From positions 1-57,315 of the IMG/VR virus record IMGVR_UViG_3300020175_000009: 57,315 nt of DNA, one strand, 5' to 3'. How positions within the stretch are numbered: the stretch's first letter is position 1; every line of letters starts with the position of its first letter. Shown piece after piece: positions 1-10,081 of this stretch. The notes below the pieces were generated by a model that was given only the letters and a program-made list of their open reading frames with translations, made no database searches and had not been told where the DNA came from. The position numbers and the translations under genes are program-made. Source of the DNA: a virus (Duplodnaviria; Caudoviricetes).

Positions 1-3000
1 GTAAATGACAGACCAGTATAAGTTTCACCAGCCGTATTATTAAACAAGCTACCATAGATTGGACCATCAAATGCTTGATCAAATACATCAAATTTCAGTG
101 TCATTTCCATAGCATGGCTTTCTTCGATATCCACCATTAGTTCTTCAGTTATGCTGTGTTTATCAAATACATTTCTTACCTTGGTATGGTAAGGCTTAAC
201 AGTATTCACATATCCTTGAATTTCGTTTATTCCATTTCGAATATATTTTCTCGCACGTTGCTCGATTTGAGACTCAATTTCCAATTGAATATACGTTGTT
301 TTGTACACCCAGTCAACCTGTTTTTGTGAACTAATTGTAAATTTAACCATATCAAAAAAGAACTTGTTGAAGTTATCTTGATGGTTTAGTATAAAGATAT
401 CATTGCGTAATGCCTCTACCATATAGTATGCAAAGATTTTTGTGTCTGCATCCCATAATTTACTATCCCATCCTGCAGAATCCCATGCTAGTAGATTATC
501 TTTATTGTAAATAAAGTCATTAAATTGTATAGTTGAGTTTTTCTTCATAGTAAGCAGCCACTCGCCGTCAATGTAGTTGTATATCTCACTACGATCTAAC
601 TGAAGCTCTTGATCAAATAATTTCAACTCAACAGTTTCATGGACATCAGTGTCAACTGTATCAAGTTGTTGCTTTGATAGGATTTTAATGCTTGGGTATC
701 TGTATTGCGGATGACTAGGATGTGTATAATCTGCCCAGTCCCACATTTCAGCTAAGTCATATACTTGGCCTACCATTTTCCAATCATTGATTTCAATATC
801 TTGGCGTGGGTTATCTATATTACTAACAAAATCTGACTGTGCTTCATAAACCTTGGATTCACTTATTACACGATCACCAGCAAGTCTTGTGCGCAAGCCA
901 TTGGAGTCAGGTGTTGCATCACTCCAATTTGGTGTATTGTTTTCATGTACTCCAATGTCACTGTACTTTCCTAATTTACCAATTGTGCGATTCCATTTTA
1001 GTGGAAGATCTTGCACCACGTTGATATTTTTTAGTTTTACGTTAGCACTTGACACTGCCTGTCTTCTGGCCTCAAGTGTATTCAAGAACCAACCTTGGCC
1101 GATTTCTCTGTTGTCGCCATAGCGGTTAAATTTGTGCAATGCTGTGTTGGGGAATTCGATACCAGTACCGCTCTGTAAGCCAGTTAAGTTGTCACGCAAA
1201 CCAATAAACCAATAGTCACTTATTAGATCTTTTTCTTCTTTAACTGCGTCCCAACTACTGTGTGCTGATGTAGTTTCTTTTAAATTTAACTGTAAAACAG
1301 TATTATCATTTGTATAATAATGAACATTGCTGACAATAATATCAGTAGCTGAAATAGCAGCTACCCAACTAATACCATTCGCTGTTGGATCAGAGACCAT
1401 GTTAGCTATTTGTAGTACTGATAGTTTTCTATTAGTATTTGGTAATGTCGTCTTGTTTTTAACCCAGAAATAATAAACTGTACTATAGCTTACTGTTGTT
1501 TTATTGTACTCTTCAACTTGTGAATAATAATATAAACTTTCCTGTAGGTTTTCGTCATAAACAGAATACACTTCGCCCTCTGCTGGCTGACCAAAAATAC
1601 TAATGTTACCTTGCTTGGCATTTTCCCATTCGTCTGGCGGAACAGAACTTTTTGTCCATTCATAAACATCAATGCTGCTGGTAGGCAATTGTTTGCCCCA
1701 GAAGTTTCTACGATAATTGTTGTCACTTTGATCATAATCATAATAAACAACTGTGCTCGTATCCCACCAAGTTTTACCCAAGGCGTCTTCTGCCCAGGCT
1801 GATGTTTCAGAAACATTATACAACGAGTCTGTGCTGTGTGTATAAGATGCAATGTCAACTGGTGATTTTTGATCTATTTCTATGTCCGCAATACCAGGTA
1901 TAATGCCTCTTATTGGATCATAAACTTCCAACTGCAATTGTGTTTGTTGCTGCACACCATCATAAATTACCACGTTTTCAATTACGTCATTTGCTGCACG
2001 AGTAAAGTTTTGTCTTCCTGGTACTATATTCCACTGAAGACTATTAGCATCCCAGGAATGAACGGTTGTTGATGTAACAACACCGCTCGATGATTCATCA
2101 GTAAATGCTAAATCCCCATGGTTCCAATTATGGGATGTGCTTGTTTGGGAAGCTATCCTTGCGTCATGGGTAGTAAACCGTGCTGAACGTAGTGTAAACA
2201 CTTGTGGTGCGCTGCCACATTCTTCGATAAATCTATCAATATAGAAACTCTTTGGCTCGCTAATGTCACCAACTCGTGTTACACGATGTATACCATCAAT
2301 GTTTGGAACAGTTGTTGTATTGACTAACATTACATAATCTCCAACACTAAGGTTGTGATCAATGTTTACTGTAACTCGGGCATCATTACCATCGCTTGAC
2401 ATTGTGCCGGCACAGATACTACATGTTGGATCATCGTCAGTAGTAAACATTCCATATTTTCCACTTATGTTTTGGTATATGCCAGTATTTTGTACCTGTA
2501 ATAAATTCCACCCAAAATACTTACTTTGTATGCCATTTGTTGCACTGGTTGCTGACACCATTTTACTGTCATCCAATACCCAAATGTTAAACAATGCACT
2601 ATCTTCAGCATCAGATTTGATCCAATCATCTGAATCAAATACATTAGGAATTTCCTCAATCGAAACAAAATAATCTCCTCCAGCAATACCTGCCTTTTGG
2701 TTAAATTCGTTTGTGGGACTCACTGGTCCCAAGTTAAGTGTTTGGTTGGTTGATGAAATCTGAATATAGCCGTTAACTAATATAACAGTTACTCCAGGAA
2801 TACCAACTTGTGTTATTTTATCAACGGCCTGTTGTGCCGTTGAAGTTACTTGATTAACTGATGAAGGGAACAAAGTATTAGCTGGTAGACCAAGCAAAGG
2901 TCCTGCTGTTCCACCGATATCTAAAGTACTAGCGCCTGTTGTGTTAGATGTTGGTAACTCGCTAACCACCACTGCGTTGTTTACATTACTTGCACTTACA

Positions 3001-6000
3001 TTTGTAACCTGTGCTAAATTAATAGCATTCACGATATAATCAGCATCCATAAGTACGTGCTGTGTTTCAAAAGTAGTCACCGCATTATATTGCATTGCTA
3101 CAAATCCAAGTTCGGCATTGGCAATAGATGCACCAATAGTAAAGCTAGCATTAATATCACCATTAGCTGATTTAACAATTGCAATTGCTGTGTCAGACAG
3201 TGCTAATGATGCTGTAATATCTGCAACGCCTACATCGTTTATAATACCCACGATGTCGTTACCCGTAAGTGCTGAGCCCGCTAGGTGCGTGGGTGTTTCT
3301 AGAGAAATAGTTACCCCGTCGATCACTAACTCTAGTCCAGTGTTATCTGCTATAGTGGTGCCAGTGGAGTGCGCATAAGGATCTCCACCATAAGGTGCGC
3401 TTGGATCCAATACTTCTACTTGTTGTGTTTTTGTTAGCTCTATAAGACTGTTATTAATTACAATATTACTTGAACTAAGAATACTTGGATCAATAGTAGT
3501 GCCGGTTGCCACAGCAGTGTTATATGAGATTGTAGTCTCATCGAACCACACACTCACGCCGTCAATTACGGCATTTGGATCATTGGGGTGAGTAGTAGTG
3601 TCTCTGTATTTAAATTCTGGATCAAATGCAGCGCCAGTAACTAATATCTCCTGATTAATTCGTGTATATCCAATAAAATCAACGTTACATTTCCACATAT
3701 GTCCATTATATCTAATATAATCTCCACGCTTGTAACTTGTTTGTCCGTTCCAAGTTGGAACAGTTGCATAGTCAGCATTGTTATCAAAAATTGTTTCTAA
3801 GTTATCAATTTCGGGAACAATATATGTTGTATCTCCGTGCAGTATTGGCCCAGCAGTTGGTAACTTTTGTTTTTCTAGGTTTTCTGCATATGTGTCTCTT
3901 GAAAACAGAACATCACTAGCATCACCATTTACATAGACTGTGTCTGTCGTTGCAAAATTAACAGTGTAAGGTTCACTTTGAATTTTTGCTTGTTTGAATT
4001 CAACTTCAACTGAATTTCTCTGTGTCATATCTCCAAGATATCCATTTTTGAACATCCATTCTTCATATGCATTAACAGTACTGGTGTATGTATTAACTAA
4101 GTTAACTCTGTTGAGTTTGTTTATGATTTGGTTAGTACCTTTTTCTCTAATAATTCCCTTGTAGAGTTTTGCCATAGTACTGTCTGATGGATTTAATGCG
4201 TTCACCCAATCTCTATCAAAATTACCATTCGTAATTTGCTGAGCTTTGGCCTGTCCACGATTGAATAATTCAATATCATCACGGTAAAAATAATCAATTT
4301 GATGTGCAGTTGTATCGAAGTTTGGTGTGATACTATCATCATGCACCAAATAACCAGGTGCGGTTCTTGAACCAACCCAGCCCTTTGTTCTTTCGCCACG
4401 TAGCCACATTTTATAGAATCTGGCATTAACAACATCGTCAAAGATTTTACGGTTAAACTGTGTTGTATTAGCTAGTAAAATTCCATGCTCGTAATCAACT
4501 TCAGCAAACCCAATGCTTCCTAAAATTTCGTTGTTCTTTAGGCTTATCTCTACTGAGTTATTTGATCTAGCTACGCTTAGTTGGCTAACATCAATCTTTT
4601 GTCCTTTGTTGTTTAGTACAGTATTAATATTTCCAATAACACTGTCAAACTCTGCAATGAACCCGTGCGTCACGTTATAAGTTACTGATGAGCCCAAGCC
4701 CACCGTGTATGTATCACCTTGCTGTGAACTAGCAGCCCATTGCGCAAACATAAGTGCCAGTGCGTCCTTGTCGTCTTGGAACACAATACCAGCCTGCTCA
4801 GCAAATTGCCTAACTCCACGGATAAAGTTATAAGTGTCTTGAATTTTGGCAAATACTGTACCAAATTCAGCAGTACTAGTTACAGTACTGAACTGTTTGT
4901 ATTTTCTAACCTGTATACCATTAACTACTTCTTGATTTACATATGGGTTTGCACCATTTACCACTGGTTCATTAAATTCAAATCTTTGCTTATTGCTGCT
5001 TACTGAGTTAACTTCAAAGCCGCCTGCTTTTCTTGTGATTTTAATAATGTTAGCAACATTAAGTTTAATTGGTGTTCCTTCAACCATAACAATTTCATAA
5101 TCACCATCATATAAGCGCACAGGACCATCAATACTACTGTCAGTTGACATCTCTATTAAGTTTTTAGAAGTAAATCCGCCTACTTTTTGCAATAGTTGTG
5201 TGTCTGTATTCTTATATTTTTGTTCCAAGTTTACAGTGTGTTGATTTCTTTGAATTGCATTGTACTGCGCTTGGTTAATACCCAGTGCATAATGTGGTAC
5301 TTCAGCTAATTCAATTTCCACTTCAGCAAAGCTGAAATTAGCTGGAACGTTACCTAAATTGACAAAATCAGATACTGCGGTTGTTGTGAATTTATTTCCT
5401 CGCTGAGTAACATTGACATGTGTAAGTTTGCCATTGCCATCTAAATTGATATCAGTTAATGCTGGCATTTCAGAATCACTACTCAATACCCTAAAGATAC
5501 TATCACTGCCGATTTCGTCAGTGGATGATTTAACTTTAGCCGCCACTAAACTTCTACCATATACTTCGCCGTGGTAATAAATGTCTTGGGCATTAAAGAG
5601 GTTTGATGTTGATTCCAGCACATCAGTATTAACATCTGGATCACTGGTACGGCGCATAATTCCTGGCTGGAAGAATCTTGTGAATCCCTCAGTTACATTT
5701 AATTTTAATACTGCACTAACAGTCATTGCCTGTGCAACGGCTGTATTTCTCCAGATAACTTCTACTGGTCCCCAATCACCAAACACAAACGGTTTGGCAG
5801 CATTTATATCACTTGGGGTTCCCAATACCAGATTTGGTTCTCTAAACTCACCAACAGAATCGACTGGAGCATTATTATCCCAATCCCAATAGTACATTGC
5901 ATACACAGTGTCTTGGACAACTGGCTGTCCTGGCTCGCTTATGATACCCTTTTTAAATGCATTAATCATTTCAGCACGTTGTGCAACATTATCCCATGAA

Positions 6001-9000
6001 TAATGATTGTCCCACCAACTTGGTTTAAGGGCGAAACCCAACATATTCCAAGGTGTCTTGTCAGGGCGGCGGCAGTTAAACAGCATCATATATATGCCTT
6101 GCCAATGCCCAGGTAGACGGTTTCCACTAAAGTGTTCACCTAATTCTATAGTGCTGTAATTCCATGTACGTGGATTACCTGCATCATAATATGTATCAAC
6201 ATTTAAACTTTCATATCCCTTGTCTGACATCCACATTGCAAAATACTTTTCAAGATAGTTGTCAATTTTTTGTAGTGTATACCAAGTGCTGCGGCTTTGT
6301 GTTGGATAAAAGCGATACGGTGTTTCATATCTTTCAAACCTTGTCAATCCATTATAAATTCTAATTTCAAGATCATAAATTGCTGCTGCTACTGGATCAA
6401 AGTTTTCATCCAGCATGTTTTCTAATTCACGTGAGCTGTCAGTAAAGTAATAGTTGCCATCATGTCCAACAATGCCATTGTTGTTAATGTGTGGCTGTAC
6501 TGGAAATGACAGTCCCAATTTAGCCATGCTTGGCGGAATATAACTATCATAATCCATACCATGCCAATAAACTGTAACATATGGAAGTAAATTTGTTTTT
6601 CCAATAGCTGTTATATTTAATGTTATTTCACTTCCATCTATTGTGTAATCAACACCTTCAATCAATATTCTTGTAATAAACTGTCCGTTATTGTCGCGAT
6701 TGTCTGTTAGGTAAACGTACACGTGGTCCTTCTGGTTCAAGTCTGTATTAAATGCAAACCTTGTAGTAAATGTTTGATTAGACCCAGTTAGATCTATTTT
6801 TTCCATTTTATCATCAAACGTAAATGCCATATTAGATTTACGATACAGATCTCCGCCGCGGCGTGTTGTTGTTATACTATCAATTGCTGCATTTGTCAAC
6901 TCACTTACTGAATTATATGCATTAACTTGATACAATCTTCTCACTTGATTAGCAAATCTAGACTTGAAACTATCCCAATCTCTGCCTTGTTCATACAGTG
7001 CTTCGTTAATGTCGATTCGTTTATCTGAGTATGTCATGTCATGCATGATACTGATATCATTATGCAGGAATATTTCGCCGCCGTTAGTTTTCACTGTGAG
7101 TCTTTTGTGTGAGTTATTTTTTCCGTGAGTTTGGCCTTCAAGCCCAACTGTATTTTGTAGCAAGCTCTGCCAGTGTGCAGTAGTTTCACCAATTGTGAAT
7201 TCTGAAATAATTTGGTTTTTTGCATTGTGAGTGTGTACTTCAGGAACACGTGCGTCTAATGAACTAGCTGATGAATCATTACTGACGTATTCTACATCAA
7301 CCAAGTAGCCAAACTCCAGTAGGTTTGTTGGTAACTCAATTGTGTCTTCAGTTACAGTATATTCTGATGCATTTACATACTGCCCATTTACATATACCTT
7401 GTGGTATAACGAGTCAGTACTATCCACTACACTAATAGTGCCTTTTGGTCGACTATCGTAACCATAGTGATAAAAATCTGCACTGTTGCTGTCAAATGTA
7501 ACACACATTGTTTCAGCAAAGCCGTCGTTGTTTTCGTCAATATACGAGACAATTGATGGATCAGTAATTTCATTGTCATCCTTGTCGTATAACTTAATGC
7601 CTGACGCCACATCATTTCCAACTAAGTCGTGGAATTTGTATGTTATATCTCTACCTACGATTAATTTAGGATCAGGTATTTTATAATCGTGATATACACC
7701 ATCAATATAAAGTTCTTCTATATTCATTCTATCAAGTGCATTTACAGTAACCAAAAATTCATTGTTTGTTCTCCAACTACTATATCCAATATCAAATGTT
7801 AACGGCAAGAATGGATTTTCAACAAGTGACTGTATTTCAGTTTTAGCGCCCAGTGGTTTGAACGAAGGAATATAATTATTTTTAGTTGTGCTTCTTTGGA
7901 TATAGCTATAGTAACCAGGAATTTCTCGGCGAGAGCCAATTGATTGATTTTGACTGTTTACTACAGTGTATGTATATCGCTGTGCTTGCAGTTCATTTGA
8001 AAATACAATTTCTGCTGATATTCCATTGTCTCTATATTCCACTGGAAATCCCAATTCAGGATCTGGTGTACCAGTTGCTTCTTTGTATGCAAATACTTTA
8101 CTTCCTGTAAAGTCAGTACCAGGGTATACATTTTGATCTTCTAAGCTAGCTCTAAACTGGCATCTTAGATCAAACAGTGGTGCTTGGTTTTGTGTTAGTT
8201 TTGGCTGTCCGACTTTCCATACCTCAGTATTCCAGTATAAATCTTGATTAACATATGTTGTGCGGTTGGCATCAGTTAGTGCATTCAATACCAATACAGT
8301 ATCAAAGTCGTTAACTGTTAATGGAATTAAGTTACCCACTGTATAAATTTTATTATCATTTGGAACAATAAATGTTTGTCCGGTAGATAAATTCTCAGAT
8401 TCAGATACCTCGTCTAACACAAAGTCAATCGGTCCCTTCCAGATATCAATATCTGAAGGCTGGTTGTCAATTGTGTGTGCGAATAATCTCAGTTGTGAAT
8501 CAAATTCAATAATAGGACGCTTTGCTTTTCTGTCTTGGCTTAATATATCAACACTCGATGTACCAGTGAGCTTACAAACTTCATCAAGTGTAGTAATATG
8601 TACCCAATGATTCAATCTACTCCAAGCAGTTGCTTTTGGATCTCGAGTATCCATTACGATATATTCTTTTAGTTCGCTAAGTTTATATTCAATATCATAA
8701 TTTTCTGTGTCCCAGCCTTGAAGGTGTTTTTCCACCAAGTATTTTTGTGTAGGTGTTAAATCTCCTGGAATAAATTGAACAACGTTTCCGTTTGCGTCTG
8801 TTTCTGCATCCACTAATGTAATTAAATCTACACGGTTACCAGAATCTGTAATGTCCGTTAAAAATACACGATAGACATCTAAATGCCAAGTGTTTTTAAA
8901 CCATTTCTTTTCATCAACACTGTATGTAATAACATCGCCAGTTTTAAGTTCAATTGGACCATTACCAAAATCATAAGCCCCATCGGCATTTACAGTGTAT

Positions 9001-10070
9001 GATGTCCATACGTTTGGAGGTGTACCATCATCGTCATCTGGTACTAGTGTATTATCCATCAATTCAGGCAAGCCAGTTGTAGGATTGAAGGTTCCAATCG
9101 TACTTACATTGCCGTAATCCCAAGTCTGGTCAAAGGTAATAATTTTGTTGTCTTGTACTGATTCAGACACTTGTTTATCAGCATTAAGGAATCTTATGTG
9201 TATACTACGGTTCGTATTAGATAATGGTGTTGCATTAAAGCTAATTATTTTTTCTCTACCAGTTTTAAATACCAAATTATCTCTGGAATATGTAGTGGTC
9301 CCAATATCATCCCAATAGTCTGCAATTACTTGACTATTAGGTGCTTTATCAGTCCAAACAATTCTTCCATTAGTGTCTTTATACAAACGTAATTTAATAC
9401 GATTACCAACACCTGTTACCAAGTATGTATTTCCATCAACTGCGCCATAACCAGAGTCAAACTTAATAAGCATGCCGTTTTGTAGTTCAAAAGAATAATT
9501 ATCATCACTAAAGTTATATAAAATATTTCCGTTAATTGTGTCAATAACATCTGGATTGACTGTGCCAGTGTTAACGCTTTCAATTACTGGCATGTTAGTA
9601 GTCCAATAATATTGGTTATAATTGATAAATTTATCAGTATCAATAGGAGGATTAAAAACATAACCCTGAGTGCTATATCCACCATTATAGTTGTAAGTAT
9701 CGAAGTCTAAATTAATTCTATTGGCGATATCCTCAATACTAATTAATGTGTCCAACTTTCCAGCATCGTCACGAGTAACAATTGCTGGCTCTAACTGTAG
9801 TACTGATCTCAGTGATTCGCTATTGTCAGGTAAAAATCCATCTAGTATTGTTCTATGTTTACCGCTTTTACTACCAATCCAATCAGCCATTACATCCAAA
9901 TCAGCTTTGGATATCATCTGATCAAAAGATGCGTCTAACCATTTCTGATTAACTGGTGTCTGAAAAACTTGTGGTAAATGTTCACTGCTCTTTATGTATT
10001 GAGTTTTATATTCTCCAGAACGCTTTTTTCTTTCGACTTTCTTTGGATTTTTTGATTCATAATCACTCAT
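1..10070 (-). CDS. Giant (>3350 aa) baseplate-associated virion structural protein; 3' end lies outside the window
   Basis: ATG at 10070 reads MSDYESKNPKKVERKKRSGEYKTQYIKSSEHLPQVFQTPVNQKWLDASFDQM. The same frame is open where I translated it at ~3700 (WNGQTSYKRGDYIRYNGHMWKC), ~200 (YVNTVKPYHTK) and at the window edge (FDVFDQAFDGPIYG). The ORF track lists no ORF in this frame, consistent with no stop inside the window. It sits immediately downstream of gp6. Confidence 0.88.
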   Translation of the reverse strand, partial: MSDYESKNPKKVERKKRSGEYKTQYIKSSEHLPQVFQTPVNQKWLDASFDQMISKADLDVMADWIGSKSGKHRTILDGFLPDNSESLRSVLQLEPAIVTRDDAGKLDTLISIEDIANRINLDFDTYNYNGGYSTQGYVFNPPIDTDKFINYNQYYWTTNMPVIESVNTGTVNPDVIDTINGNILYNFSDDNYSFELQNGMLIKFDSGYGAVDGNTYLVTGVGNRIKLRLYKDTNGRIVWTDKAPNSQVIADYWDDIGTTTYSRDNLVFKTGREKIISFNATPLSNTNRSIHIRFLNADKQVSESVQDNKIITFDQTWDYGNVSTIGTFNPTTGLPELMDNTLVPDDDDGTPPNVWTSYTVNADGAYDFGNGPIELKTGDVITYSVDEKKWFKNTWHLDVYRVFLTDITDSGNRVDLITLVDAETDANGNVVQFIPGDLTPTQKYLVEKHLQGWDTENYDIEYKLSELKEYIVMDTRDPKATAWSRLNHWVHITTLDEVCKLTGTSSVDILSQDRKAKRPIIEFDSQLRLFAHTIDNQPSDIDIWKGPIDFVLDEVSESENLSTGQTFIVPNDNKIYTVGNLIPLTVNDFDTVLVLNALTDANRTTYVNQDLYWNTEVWKVGQPKLTQNQAPLFDLRCQFRASLEDQNVYPGTDFTGSKVFAYKEATGTPDPELGFPVEYRDNGISAEIVFSNELQAQRYTYTVVNSQNQSIGSRREIPGYYSYIQRSTTKNNYIPSFKPLGAKTEIQSLVENPFLPLTFDIGYSSWRTNNEFLVTVNALDRMNIEELYIDGVYHDYKIPDPKLIVGRDITYKFHDLVGNDVASGIKLYDKDDNEITDPSIVSYIDENNDGFAETMCVTFDSNSADFYHYGYDSRPKGTISVVDSTDSLYHKVYVNGQYVNASEYTVTEDTIELPTNLLEFGYLVDVEYVSNDSSASSLDARVPEVHTHNAKNQIISEFTIGETTAHWQSLLQNTVGLEGQTHGKNNSHKRLTVKTNGGEIFLHNDISIMHDMTYSDKRIDINEALYEQGRDWDSFKSRFANQVRRLYQVNAYNSVSELTNAAIDSITTTRRGGDLYRKSNMAFTFDDKMEKIDLTGSNQTFTTRFAFNTDLNQKDHVYVYLTDNRDNNGQFITRILIEGVDYTIDGSEITLNITAIGKTNLLPYVTVYWHGMDYDSYIPPSMAKLGLSFPVQPHINNNGIVGHDGNYYFTDSSRELENMLDENFDPVAAAIYDLEIRIYNGLTRFERYETPYRFYPTQSRSTWYTLQKIDNYLEKYFAMWMSDKGYESLNVDTYYDAGNPRTWNYSTIELGEHFSGNRLPGHWQGIYMMLFNCRRPDKTPWNMLGFALKPSWWDNHYSWDNVAQRAEMINAFKKGIISEPGQPVVQDTVYAMYYWDWDNNAPVDSVGEFREPNLVLGTPSDINAAKPFVFGDWGPVEVIWRNTAVAQAMTVSAVLKLNVTEGFTRFFQPGIMRRTSDPDVNTDVLESTSNLFNAQDIYYHGEVYGRSLVAAKVKSSTDEIGSDSIFRVLSSDSEMPALTDINLDGNGKLTHVNVTQRGNKFTTTAVSDFVNLGNVPANFSFAEVEIELAEVPHYALGINQAQYNAIQRNQHTVNLEQKYKNTDTQLLQKVGGFTSKNLIEMSTDSSIDGPVRLYDGDYEIVMVEGTPIKLNVANIIKITRKAGGFEVNSVSSNKQRFEFNEPVVNGANPYVNQEVVNGIQVRKYKQFSTVTSTAEFGTVFAKIQDTYNFIRGVRQFAEQAGIVFQDDKDALALMFAQWAASSQQGDTYTVGLGSSVTYNVTHGFIAEFDSVIGNINTVLNNKGQKIDVSQLSVARSNNSVEISLKNNEILGSIGFAEVDYEHGILLANTTQFNRKIFDDVVNARFYKMWLRGERTKGWVGSRTAPGYLVHDDSITPNFDTTAHQIDYFYRDDIELFNRGQAKAQQITNGNFDRDWVNALNPSDSTMAKLYKGIIREKGTNQIINKLNRVNLVNTYTSTVNAYEEWMFKNGYLGDMTQRNSVEVEFKQAKIQSEPYTVNFATTDTVYVNGDASDVLFSRDTYAENLEKQKLPTAGPILHGDTTYIVPEIDNLETIFDNNADYATVPTWNGQTSYKRGDYIRYNGHMWKCNVDFIGYTRINQEILVTGAAFDPEFKYRDTTTHPNDPNAVIDGVSVWFDETTISYNTAVATGTTIDPSILSSSNIVINNSLIELTKTQQVEVLDPSAPYGGDPYAHSTGTTIADNTGLELVIDGVTISLETPTHLAGSALTGNDIVGIINDVGVADITASLALSDTAIAIVKSANGDINASFTIGASIANAELGFVAMQYNAVTTFETQHVLMDADYIVNAINLAQVTNVSASNVNNAVVVSELPTSNTTGASTLDIGGTAGPLLGLPANTLFPSSVNQVTSTAQQAVDKITQVGIPGVTVILVNGYIQISSTNQTLNLGPVSPTNEFNQKAGIAGGDYFVSIEEIPNVFDSDDWIKSDAEDSALFNIWVLDDSKMVSATSATNGIQSKYFGWNLLQVQNTGIYQNISGKYGMFTTDDDPTCSICAGTMSSDGNDARVTVNIDHNLSVGDYVMLVNTTTVPNIDGIHRVTRVGDISEPKSFYIDRFIEECGSAPQVFTLRSARFTTHDARIASQTSTSHNWNHGDLAFTDESSSGVVTSTTVHSWDANSLQWNIVPGRQNFTRAANDVIENVVIYDGVQQQTQLQLEVYDPIRGIIPGIADIEIDQKSPVDIASYTHSTDSLYNVSETSAWAEDALGKTWWDTSTVVYYDYDQSDNNYRRNFWGKQLPTSSIDVYEWTKSSVPPDEWENAKQGNISIFGQPAEGEVYSVYDENLQESLYYYSQVEEYNKTTVSYSTVYYFWVKNKTTLPNTNRKLSVLQIANMVSDPTANGISWVAAISATDIIVSNVHYYTNDNTVLQLNLKETTSAHSSWDAVKEEKDLISDYWFIGLRDNLTGLQSGTGIEFPNTALHKFNRYGDNREIGQGWFLNTLEARRQAVSSANVKLKNINVVQDLPLKWNRTIGKLGKYSDIGVHENNTPNWSDATPDSNGLRTRLAGDRVISESKVYEAQSDFVSNIDNPRQDIEINDWKMVGQVYDLAEMWDWADYTHPSHPQYRYPSIKILSKQQLDTVDTDVHETVELKLFDQELQLDRSEIYNYIDGEWLLTMKKNSTIQFNDFIYNKDNLLAWDSAGWDSKLWDADTKIFAYYMVEALRNDIFILNHQDNFNKFFFDMVKFTISSQKQVDWVYKTTYIQLEIESQIEQRARKYIRNGINEIQGYVNTVKPYHTKVRNVFDKHSITEELMVDIEESHAMEMTLKFDVFDQAFDGPIYGSLFNNTAGETYTGLSF

Positions 10071-10081
10071 GTTATGTGCCT

